From the NCBI GenBank assembly GCA_030167865.1, contig JALAGF010005473.1, positions 62,001 through 106,952 of the forward strand: a stretch of 44,952 nt of DNA. Direction: 5' to 3'. The stretch's first letter is position 1, and every line of letters starts with the position of its first letter. Both the position numbers and the translations under genes were made by a program. Shown here in pieces: positions 22,228 to 32,850 of the stretch. Under the pieces are notes generated by a model. That model was not told the origin of the DNA, made no database searches, and saw only the letters and a list, made by a program, of their open reading frames with translations. The DNA is from Craspedostauros australis. Its lineage: Eukaryota.

Positions 22228-22375
22228 CGTAGCGTACAAAACTCCATTAGCTTAGTCTAGAACTTACTCTCCTGCTGCACTACATGGCGTAATAATTGCG
22301 TACCGCTCTGTATTATAATATTATATGGTACAATCCAGCGTACTCGCAGAGTCATCTTGTTGTTCCCCAGCTTCC

Positions 22376-23791
22376 TCATCGCTCACATGACAACAACTGG
22401 TTTGACAGCTGCAGGATCTCAAAAATCAAATGCGCCTGCTTCGACGGGCGCAACCGCGCCATGACATGAGCGATCGAGGCCATCTCACGACGTTGCAATA
22501 GCTGGATCACCACCGGCCACACCTTGTTGCGATATTGATTCAATCGAAATACCTGCTCCATGTCATAGTACTGGATATTCAACGACACCCACGCCTCGGG
22601 AAGTTTCAACGAGGTCAGCGTCCGGTTGCGACGCACGGCGTCCAAGATGCAGCGACCCGTTCGCTCGCGATCGATGACAGCCGTGTTCGCGTCGTGCACC
22701 TTCAGCTTGTGCAATCTGGTATGCCGCAGCAACGCCAGCAGCGATGGCACCGAACAGCGGATGTCCAAGCCAACAAGCGTGGGATGTTGCGCGATGATTT
22801 CGCAGATGTGCAGCGGCATGGTGGTACCGAGTACGGACACGCAAAATAGCATTTTGGCCGCCATGAAGGCGTCGGCGACCAGGTCCATGGGAAGTTCGTC
22901 ATCGTCGACTTCGAATATCAGCGCGGTCAATCGGGCGGGTGTCGTCGAGCTGACCATGGGCTGCAAGAATGCCGTGGGGCTTGATAGATTCTTGGTCGAG
23001 ATGGCAAGGTGCTCGTGCTGCATCAAACGTGCGGTGGTCGCAGCATCCATGCGCGCGGAGCAGCCACGGAGGTTGAGTTCCTGGAAGGAGGCATTCTCGA
23101 ATTGGCTGAACGCTTTGATGAAGATGTGAGATGAAATCTCCAGGCGCACCGTTGCACTGACCGGTGCGATAAGCATCATGAGGCCAGTGAGATGTGCGCG
23201 GATGGCGGACCATGCTGCAATAGCATTGGTCGTGCTGTTGTTGTGCGTGGCAACGTGAATGCCGTTGCAACAGCAGTGGTGGTGCAAATGCGAGGGCCTC
23301 GCTCTGCCTGTGGTGAAGGTGAGCAGACCAACCCGGAGTTCGGCGTACAGGTACCCGCCCGCACCCCGGATGCGCATGGCGAGGTCGTTCCAGTCGTATC
23401 CGCGCCGGTGCAGCGTTTGCCAGTCGTCGACTTGGAGCTCCCGCAGTGCGGTGTTTCCGTAAGACGCAGGCGGTCGCTGCTGGTCGTATCTTTGGCAGCT
23501 TTCTCCGAATTTGGCGCGATCGCAATTCGTTAGCTCATCCCAGATGCGCTCGAAGCGTTCGTCGACGTCGTTTGGTTGGCCCGCACGTTCGCTTGCAGCT
23601 GAGTCTGCCGCCTCCACTCTGCGTCGTTTGTTGTTGCTGTTGTTCCCGTTGTTCCCGTTGGGTGAGGTTGCTGGCGAGGATACTGCGGATGAAGCTGGGA
23701 CCGACGTCGAAGCTGGCTCTGCTGCCGTCTCCGATTCTGTTGGCAGGGACGCAGCAGCGGCGCCATCCTCTTCTGCTCTCCGCTTCGACAT
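22376..23791 (-). CDS. Putative RNI-like/leucine-rich-repeat protein
   Basis: 471-aa ORF with an NLS-like KRRR and degenerate LRR-like units (FQELNLRGC, LVGLDI, LHKLKV, LDAVRRNRTLTSLKL) followed by a ...RLNQYR...IFEIL cap. Confidence 0.6.
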   Translation of the reverse strand: MSKRRAEEDGAAAASLPTESETAAEPASTSVPASSAVSSPATSPNGNNGNNSNNKRRRVEAADSAASERAGQPNDVDERFERIWDELTNCDRAKFGESCQRYDQQRPPASYGNTALRELQVDDWQTLHRRGYDWNDLAMRIRGAGGYLYAELRVGLLTFTTGRARPSHLHHHCCCNGIHVATHNNSTTNAIAAWSAIRAHLTGLMMLIAPVSATVRLEISSHIFIKAFSQFENASFQELNLRGCSARMDAATTARLMQHEHLAISTKNLSSPTAFLQPMVSSTTPARLTALIFEVDDDELPMDLVADAFMAAKMLFCVSVLGTTMPLHICEIIAQHPTLVGLDIRCSVPSLLALLRHTRLHKLKVHDANTAVIDRERTGRCILDAVRRNRTLTSLKLPEAWVSLNIQYYDMEQVFRLNQYRNKVWPVVIQLLQRREMASIAHVMARLRPSKQAHLIFEILQLSNQLLSCER

Positions 23792-24257
23792 TGCGTCCGC
23801 GTATCGTGCTACTCGTATGTATGGTACGGCCTACTCTGCCGACTTGCAGATGCGACGCAAGGAGCGGACGGCAACCAAGTCAAAGCGAAGTAAGATAACA
23901 ATAGTGATAGTGATAGTGATAGTGATGAAGGGATGAGACTTGTCCTGCTGAGAGCAACTTGCATCACAAGGGATTTGGATCTTTTTGTGATCGCATTCTC
24001 TGCATTACTATTTGGATCGTGGATTCCAGAACAACACGTTTCTCCCACGATTCGCAAACACCTCATCGATCCCCACTGTCCACACTCTGGCAGTTCCATG
24101 CTGAACTCACTGTGAAGGGCATGAAAGATAAATGGAGAACTGCTGCACAACTACCGGAACTCATGCTCGATGGGTGCTTCGGCAACGCCAGGCATCAACC
24201 GCAGCAGGAATGCTAGCATGTATTGTAGAATATATTGTTGAGCATGGAGTGATAGTT

Positions 24258-25145
24258 TCAATCTTTCGCTTCGTCATCAAGATGCGCGCAGTCAGCCCAC
24301 GCATCCAATTCCCATTCGCTCCGTCTCGCTAGCCCTGCCTCGTTGTTCTCATCATCAACCATCTTTGTTCGGATGGTAAACTGCGCGATGCTGCCGTTGG
24401 TTGGACGCGGCACGGCTCCCCGCAACTCTTCCAACTGATTCTGCGATACCCCGCCCGTCTGTACCGTGTGCCGCAGCAGTTGGCCAATCACGCCACCGTG
24501 CGTCACGCAGATCACCACATCGGTTGTTGCCAAAGCTTCCAATTGGGCCACGGCACGCTGTCGCACCTCCTCCATGCTTTCGCCACCGCCTTCCATGTGC
24601 CGGTGCGTGATGTTGTCGTCTCGCACAGTATCGTCCACGATCTCCAAGAACGGATTCGTCCATTCGCACAGCACACTCCAACAGGTCGGGTACCGACTCG
24701 CGGCCTCATCCTTGTGCAGACCTTCCATGGCACCCAGATTCCATTCGGCCACATCCTCGTGGGTCTCCACGGGAGTCGCTACGGCGCGATCCAATCTCTG
24801 CGCCACGATCGTCGCCGTTTCGTTCGCGCGTGATGATGGGCTGGAGCATACTCGGATCGGCGTTGTGCTGGCATGCAGCGGGAGATAGTGTTGGCGTATC
24901 CGCTCGGCGCTTTGCCTCGCCTGATGCCGTCCCGTGTCATTCAACGGAATGTCCGACGCGCCTTGGACCAAGTGTCGTCGGTTCCATTCCGTCTGACCAT
25001 GCCGGACCACGATGAGCTTGGTGGTGGCGGCATTGTTGCTGTGGTTGCGGTCGCAGCTGCTGAATGAACGGATCGCATTGCCGGTGCTTCCCCCAACAGC
25101 GAGATACTGTCGTTGCAAGAGCCGCGATGGTAGACGGGCGAACAT
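24258..25145 (-). CDS. Histidine phosphatase / phosphoglycerate mutase-family protein with a mitochondrial-type presequence
   Basis: LIVVRHGQTEWN catalytic motif, QGASDIPLNDTG, SSPSSRANETA, EWNLGAMEG, GGESM and VTHGG. N-terminus MFARLPSRLLQRQYL...IRSFSS. Confidence 0.92.
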   Translation of the reverse strand: MFARLPSRLLQRQYLAVGGSTGNAIRSFSSCDRNHSNNAATTKLIVVRHGQTEWNRRHLVQGASDIPLNDTGRHQARQSAERIRQHYLPLHASTTPIRVCSSPSSRANETATIVAQRLDRAVATPVETHEDVAEWNLGAMEGLHKDEAASRYPTCWSVLCEWTNPFLEIVDDTVRDDNITHRHMEGGGESMEEVRQRAVAQLEALATTDVVICVTHGGVIGQLLRHTVQTGGVSQNQLEELRGAVPRPTNGSIAQFTIRTKMVDDENNEAGLARRSEWELDAWADCAHLDDEAKD

Positions 25146-26109
25146 GATGGCGGCTGAGGAGATTTGGGCGCCTCCGCGTGTTTGGATGTCTTTGAGACCT
25201 TGGACTCTCTCTCTCTCTCTTTCTCTCTTTCTCTCGTCTCAAAGTATTATAGCAGCGAGCGCTCTTACTTGACGGTGTTGCGCGTTGACCCCTCCTGCAC
25301 CTCTCTGCTTCTCTCGCTTTGCGTATCATGGTTGCGGTCGTCGTCGCTGGCACTGACATCGCCGTTGTCATTGGGAGGTCGATGGATGACGATCTTGGCA
25401 GATTGGTTTGATGCCTCGTGACTGAGCCCGGTTCATGACTGAGCCACATCAATCGAGGTTTCTGGCGAAACTTTGGAGAATGTGAGCGACACCAACGTGC
25501 ACGTGCGCGCTTAATTGCACATGGTTTTGGCGTTGAATCTCAGAAGTCTGTGACACCGTAGGCACCAGTACAATGTCAACGTTTAGCGATTGGAAGACGT
25601 CCGATTCAACGGTCACATCTGCTTCCAACTGAAGACTCTTTGACGGTCATTGGTAAGACGCACCAACATTATGCCGTGTATTGGTGGCAGATCAAACACT
25701 CTCATCCAGGTTCATGCGTTTCGTGGATATGTATATCTACGACCTTGAATATGTATTTAAACGAAATGTGCATCACTTTTTCTGTTCCGCAAATCGCAAC
25801 CACCAACCTGGGAAAGATTGCTCAACGTTGTGTTCTCTTAGTACTTATCGCTGTGGCCTTTGCGCGGTACTCGGACTTGTTGTTCGTCCGCGGTGCTGTA
25901 CTCGTTGCTGTAAGCGGTGTGGTCTCAGCAGCGCGGAGTATTCTCGCCCACGTGTCCGTTGTTGTTGATGCATCCGACAATCGGTCAAGCAACACGTCGA
26001 CCACCTTTGCTGCAAAATAAGAACACTCACGCCCCTCTCACAAAAATCAATCTGGTCGAGCATCAAACGCAACCCAACCCAACCCAACTCAACGCAACCC
26101 AAAATAATA

Positions 26110-27805
26110 ATGATGTTCAAGTCCCTCATCATGGCCTCCATGGTCTTCGCCGCCTCCGCCGCCGAGTTCACCCCTGAGAAGGGTATCCCAGCCGGATCCA
26201 AGCACGGCCTCCGCCTCATGCAGAGCGCCACCCCAGTGGACTCCGAAGGCCGTGCCCTCGAGCAGAACCGTGACAACGGAGAGTGGATGTACAACTACTC
26301 CCTCAAGTACCTGGGCTGCTCCTCCCTCTTCCAGATCTCCGGAGAACGCGGTGGCAACGACGAGGATTCCGTCCTCTACAAGGAGAACCTCATCCGTTTC
26401 GGGCTCTGCCTGCCGGACGAGAGCTGTTCTGCCTGCAGCGGCAAGTCCGCACAATACGTCGTCGGCATGGAGGAGTTCCTCATGTCGTACCTCGAGATGA
26501 AGCAGGAAGAGCAAGAGCAGGCATGCGAGACTGCCCAAGACTACACCTGCGCATACTGCGAGAACCAGAACAACAACGACGACCAGTCCTGCATCAACCA
26601 GTGCTACGTCGACAACAAGATGGACTACTGCATCGAAGTTGAGGGACAGGAAGAGGTCGACATGGACCGCTTCATGGAGTGCGCCGGTAAGTGAATGGAC
26701 CCATCGTTCTCGAAAGCGAACACCCTGGCGGCAATTGTATTCTTCATCATGATGCCATACCACATGACACACATGCTCGTGGGAACACAACGCATACGCA
26801 CGTCTCTCACATTTCTCGCATCTTTGGTTCCTTCTCTTCCTGTGTACGCGTGCGCAATTCCATCTGGGCAACTCCAACCGATGACACCGTCAACCAACAA
26901 CGCGCCCGGACAATCGCAGAGGTTGAAGCCCAGAACAACAACAACAACAACAACAACTACAATTACAACTACAACCAGAACAACAACAACAACGTCAACC
27001 CATACGCCCAGTACTTCGTCGGAGCCTACTGCAACATGGACGACGGGCATTCCATCAACATCGGCGTCTTCCAGGATGCCGGCTGCATCTCCCCAGCACC
27101 ATCGAACACTTACGAGGCCTTGACCTACGGTCAGACACTGCCATTCGAGAACGAGTCCATCATCAGCTCCGACTGCATTGCGTGCAAGCGTGTTGACCAG
27201 GACCAAAACCAGAACCAGAACGACAACAACAACAATTACAACTACAACTACAACAGTGAGTACAACGGAGTGTCGGCGCCCATTGCACTTGGATGCGACA
27301 AAGACGTTGTGGCAATAAACTCGCAGCACTTCACCATCATCATCATGTTATGATTCTCTTGGCCACTTTCTCACATCATTCTCCTCGCCTCTTCTTAATT
27401 CAACTTGCACTCTCCCTCTCGCTTTACAATATCGCAGACAACAACGGAAACAACAATAACAATAACAACCAGGACCAGAACTACGAGGTCAACGAGATCT
27501 GCCAGCAATCCTACGAGCAGGCTGCCCGTTGCGAGAGCGGGCTTGACAACGTCGGTGGATACTTCTACCCAGACACCAGCGGCTGCGAATACATCAACAA
27601 CATCCTTCCAAAGTTGGAGCGTGCATCGCGCCAGATCTCCAGCAGGTCCATCGGTGGAGCCGGTGATGGAAAGGGTGTCGCCATTGGATTCGCCGTCCTG
27701 TTCGCCATGTCCACCATTGTGTTGGGTGCTTACTCCTTCTTCCTGTACCGCAAGATCTCCCGCGCCAAGACCGGCCTTGCCGCCAGCGACGGTGTCAGCG
27801 CATAA
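26110..27805 (+). CDS. Silicanin-family (Sin1-like) silica deposition vesicle membrane protein; 3 exons, 426 aa
   Basis: Exons 26110-26686, 26920-27255 and 27438-27805. Introns 26687-26919 (GTAAGT...CGCAG) and 27256-27437 (GTGAGT...CGCAG), both phase 1, give one open frame. Signal peptide, RXL site (GRALEQ), Cys-rich acidic N/Q-rich lumenal domain (YSLKYLGC, LIRFGLC, YVVGMEEF, YFVGAYC, CEYI), one C-terminal TM and a short basic cytosolic tail. Confidence 0.9.
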
Positions 27806-28324
27806 GCGCACTACCGCCCACGCCTGCTTACACCCACCAAGTAAGCATTAAAGTCACGCCATTCACGCCCCATACACAGGCACCCGCATACCCATCGCAG
27901 TTTCAGGAAAGCGCGAATCGGCAACGTCAACCACACCAGTACACATCAGGATGGACATCACACCAACCATCAGTATCACATTGAAACAGTAATTGAAATT
28001 AGTGCACACACAAATTAACACATCGACGAACAATGAGTATCAGTATTTACGAGAAAGAGGATGATGACGAGAGATGGTACTTGTGACAACGACAGCAGTT
28101 GGGCATTGTCGTGGATGGACTTAGCGTTTGTTTCTACAGTCTGCAGACGAAGTTGCTCAGCTCCGCTGCGTTTGTATGTACCACGCGAGTATGGTTCCTC
28201 CCATCACCGTCACTATCATCACCACCATTCTTGGCATGCTGATACAAGGACATCCATCATGACCTTTGAAAAATCTGCGTTACATGAGACGAGTCCGCAC
28301 GTGTCCCAACAGTATTCTGCTGCT

Positions 28325-30611
28325 CTACATCTTCACCCCCTTGGCTGCCAATGCTTGCAGTTCGAACATCCGGCTCCTCATCTCATTTACGGTGTCGTTG
28401 TACGTATCGCCATCCTTGTTGAGATCCACCTCCTCAAAGGGATCCACCTGCAGATCGAATAGCTGCTCGAGATCGTGCTGCGGCCATTGGATGAACTTCT
28501 TGTCCTTCCGAACGAGCGCGTAGTTGGTGGGGAAATGCACAGGACCCGCAACCCACTCATAGAAGAATTCCTGCCGCCAAGACTGCTTCGTCGGTCCTGG
28601 ATTGAGATAGAGCTGAGCCAAGTCGCTGCCTTGCATCACCTCCGGCACTTTGATCTGCGCGGCGCTGAGTATTGTCGGTGCCAGATCAATGTTCAATGCA
28701 AACTCGGACACTTTGCCCCCTCGTTCTGCCTTCGACAACCGCGGATCGAGGACAATGAGTGGCACTCGCAGTGATTCCTCGTAGGCGTACCATTTCTCTG
28801 CCAATCCATGTTGGCCTGGGTATGCGTGTATGCGCGTGTTCGTGTTGCGCACAGTGGAAGCGATGCATCACAGAGTGGAGCAGAATGACAAGACAAGGGT
28901 ACGAAGAATGGTCAAAGGACACAGCAAAGCTTATGTGAGTGGCGGTGAAACGTGCATTGTCAACAATTCGAAGTTCCTGCAGGGAACAGATGCTCCTGTC
29001 TTATTATACATACCATGGAAGTTGCCATTGTCTGTGTGTAGGTACCAGTGCATAGGTTATGTCAGTTTTGGAGGAGAGATATCACGTGATCGTATCGAAC
29101 GGGTTTAGAATGTTGTGAGATGTGGGAGAACGTCACATGCCGGCAACAGCATGGAGCACTCCATTTGATTGCAACACATGTGAAATGGGATGCACCACGA
29201 TATGATACGATGCGATCGATTTCTCACTGGATGCGTGTTGTCGTTCCAGCAGATTTCCAGTCTGGATTACCGATCATCATTCATGGCAAAAGCCAACGAT
29301 GAATCCAGCGCACAAACGTTTGCCAATCGTCTCTATGGGTTTCATCTGTTATCGTTGCTGCACCTGTCACCGCAACCACGCAACCGCAACAGCAACAGAA
29401 TCATTGATGACAGCCCCCGCCCCCAACTTACCTGTCGTGAATATCACGAGCGTCTCGTTGAGCACGCCTTGCCGTTCCAGCTCATCGATCACCCGACCAC
29501 ACACGGCATCAACTTCGCTTGCCATGCGGTACATGTTCTTCATCATCAGTTGGAACTTCTCTTCGGGATAGTACCGTTTCAGTGCCCTGCCACGAGGGAA
29601 CGTCTGTCTGCTGGACAGGAACTTGGGCAGGGCATCGAGATGCTCTTGCGTGAATGTCTTGGGACGCGGGACGCCCGTGTTGGCGTAGATCCACATGCTA
29701 GAGTTCATGGGTCGGTACTGCTCGGGACTCCCGTCTTCAGCATGCGTGGCAAAGAAGCTGATCGTAAGTGCGAATGGCTGATCGTTGGGCCGGTTCCGTA
29801 AGAACTCCATGCCATCGATTTCATTCCATTCGGTGATGTGTTTCAGTACACGATTGCGCTTCTTGTAATGCGATGATTGGTAGGATATGAATTCATCAAA
29901 CGTTGGCACCGTCTGGGGCGGACCGTTATGATGCCATTTGCCGAATAAGCCGGTGTAATATCCGGCCTTTTTGAGTTGTGGAAAGAGCGTGTGGCTCCAG
30001 TTGTCACCATCGAACATGGTGATATTGTTATAGCTCTCGCGTGTTCTATGCCTTGCGAGGTACTGGCCAGTGTAGAGCGACGCTCGGCTGACCATGCAGA
30101 TGGACGTGGTGACGCAGCTGTGCGTGAAGAGCGTGCCGTTGCGTGCCATCTCATCGAGACGCGGCGTCTGGATGTAGGTGTTGCCAAGCGCACCAAGCGA
30201 CGTGTAACTCCAGTCGTCTGCATAGAGCAGTACAATGTTGAGCGGCTTATCCACATTGGCGGATTGGCCCTCTCGTTGCTGTTGCTCCTGCTGTTGCTCC
30301 TGCTGTTGGTGCGTTTCTGTTCTGCTTCTTGCTTGTCTCTTTTCGGCATCCTTCTGTTGGTCTCTGTTGTCATTGTTGATGCTATCACTATTACCAACGT
30401 TGTGGTATGCGTTCTCTTCATCCGCAAGAATGTCTTCCAACGGAGTCACAGATTGCTTCGAAAGCATCGCTGATGTGCTGAAGGCATTGTGACCAATGCT
30501 GATGGCACAGACGCAAAGGAATGCCACCAAGATGAGGTTGTTGCGTTTCTTCAGTTTCTCATCGTTGCGTGCAATTTTCTTTGCGCTCGATGACGATGCT
30601 GGTGGGGCCAT
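28325..30611 (-). CDS. Formylglycine-dependent (S1) sulfatase with N-terminal membrane anchor; 3 exons including an 18-nt microexon, 562 aa
   Basis: Exons 30611-29432, 29031-29014 and 28815-28325. Introns 29431-29032 (GTAAGT...CACAG) and 29013-28816 (GTATGT...CCCAG). Motifs [66 protein letters not shown] and LFDLQVDPFE. Confidence 0.92.
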
Positions 30612-31971
30612 CTTTTAACGAGTATAATATGATCTGATCCGATCTGATCTGAATTGCTTGGCCCGGCTGGGAGCGAAGTGCAAGTCCTACGTAGATGGAT
30701 GTGATGAGATCACCACCGATGGGACCTCTTGCATCCAAAAGTCTGGGAGTATTCGTCGTTCGATCTCAAGCAAGTTGGAACCAAGGGATCAACTAGCAAT
30801 CATGCCAGCGAAATGGAACGATAAGTCTTGGCTTCAGATTCACAACGGAACGCGTTTGAACGGAAGTGACAATGATGCTGCTGCGGCTGATGCTGATGCT
30901 GATGCTGATGCTGACAATGGAGACCAGTCAATCGATCTTTGGCGATGCGCTTTTTCGTTTTGTGTCGTTTTCAAGTTTCTGTTTGGGGCATGCGGTAAAT
31001 AAACATTTGCTATCAGACTATTGAAATGTACAATTGAGTTAGACTCAACCGACCACTTTGTTTCGTCCGACATTGCTCAAATCATGCGGACACATTTTGG
31101 AAGGCTGTTCGTTGTGGCGTCCGAGCAACAGGAATCGTGTTGGTCCATTGCGCAACACAAAAACTCTCGAGTCGGTGCGTTGACGTGAAGAAATGTCTCG
31201 AAAAGACAGTCACACCAAAGCAAACGTGATTTTCGCCGAAGATCTACGAAGGGTGCCAGCGAACAGCTGGTTCCAGTTTGGGCCACATTTGAACACCGAA
31301 GAACAACAGGGATTGCGAATTTGAGTGGTGTGGTTTGCGACGTTTCGGTCCCTAACCCGCGAGGACGATTGCGCGAGATGAAACACCAACAGACAACCAC
31401 AGAAAGGCACCAAACCACCACCGCCACAAAAATGCTTCAGTTGCGTCGACCACAACCATCAACAATACCGAACAACACCAGCGCTGCGTGCACCAACACA
31501 AAGAGAGAGAGAGAGAGGAACGGTGCAGGCGCAAAGATCTCCGAAGAAGGCCAAGACTTGTTTGTGAGTACCAGCCACCATACTCGTACTTAGACTGTTC
31601 ATTTCGGTTCTCCGATGTTCCGCATCGACATCGTGGTATCGTGGGCACGTTTGATGCGATCTGCCGAACAACATCGTGTTCCCACCCATGCCGCAACGAG
31701 CACAGCTATCTCCTTCCTCCCACGTCCCCACAGTCATCGCCACCGTCGCCGTCGCTGCTCTGCCCCTGTCCAACTTTCCCTCTCGTCCCTCACAAATTGA
31801 CAAAAAACAAACATCGTGCAACCTATCCACATCACTCAATCGTAACCAACAAGCAGCAAACTGCGACCGCCATCACAGCTCAAAGCACAGTCCAGAAAAG
31901 CTCAGATCACGCCTGCAACTGCAGCTGCAACCGTAACTGCAACCTCGACAACTACTACGACCACATCCAAC

Positions 31972-32850
31972 ATGCCATCAGTACGACAGCCTCGAACTTT
32001 GTTTGGTGCCTCTTCGCCAGGAACCACAGACGGAGCCTACGGGCCATCGGCGCAGACGCTGAAGTCGCTGGACTCTCTGCAGGATGATCTGGACATCCAA
32101 ACCATGAAGTTCATGGAGTTCACAAGGAAGGAGCAGAAAGAGATCTTCCTCCACAAAGTCAAGGAGCTGTCATCCACCGAGATCGTGGAGAATGCAGTGC
32201 ACGTCGGCGAGAGGATAGGTCACTTCCATGCAAAGGACAAGGACGACAGGACGGTGCGATCGTCAAGTCTTCTTTCCGATGGTCCATTGGTCGTTGTCTT
32301 CTTCCGCGGCGATTGGTGCACGTATTGCAACCTGGCACTGCGCTCGCTGCAGAAGGTGCTGCCAGAAATCCATGCCAAAGGGGCTTCGCTGGTGGCAATC
32401 ACTCCACAATCGCACCGCAAGCTCAAGCGGCGCCAGGGCAAGTCATCATCATCGTCGTCATCATCATCGTCATCGGCACAATCAATGGACACGCAATTCC
32501 CCATCCTCTGCGACGAGGACAATTCCATCGCCAAGCAGTTCCGCATCGCTTACGACCTCGACCCGGTCATCCGCAAGCTGTACTTCGACTGGGGCATCGA
32601 CGTTTCGTCGTTCAACGAGGACGGTTCTCACACATTGCCGTTGGCTGCAACCTACGTAGTCGACAGAGATGGCACCGTCCTTTACTCCTACGTCGATTGC
32701 GCACCGAACAAACGTGCCGAGCCGACGGAGATTTTGAATGCCATCCCGAACTACCAAAAATCCAAGCGGCACGGCATCCGGTACATCATGAGATCGAAGC
32801 TGCGTGCCATCGCTGCCCCGTTGATCAAGGGACGCATGAGAGTCCATTGA
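31972..32850 (+). CDS. AhpC/TSA peroxiredoxin-like (thioredoxin-fold) protein, copy 1
   Basis: GPLVVVFFRGDWCTYCN, GASLVAITPQ, FPILCD, LPLAATYVVDRDG and RAEP; intronless 292-aa ORF. Confidence 0.9.
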   Translation: MPSVRQPRTLFGASSPGTTDGAYGPSAQTLKSLDSLQDDLDIQTMKFMEFTRKEQKEIFLHKVKELSSTEIVENAVHVGERIGHFHAKDKDDRTVRSSSLLSDGPLVVVFFRGDWCTYCNLALRSLQKVLPEIHAKGASLVAITPQSHRKLKRRQGKSSSSSSSSSSSAQSMDTQFPILCDEDNSIAKQFRIAYDLDPVIRKLYFDWGIDVSSFNEDGSHTLPLAATYVVDRDGTVLYSYVDCAPNKRAEPTEILNAIPNYQKSKRHGIRYIMRSKLRAIAAPLIKGRMRVH

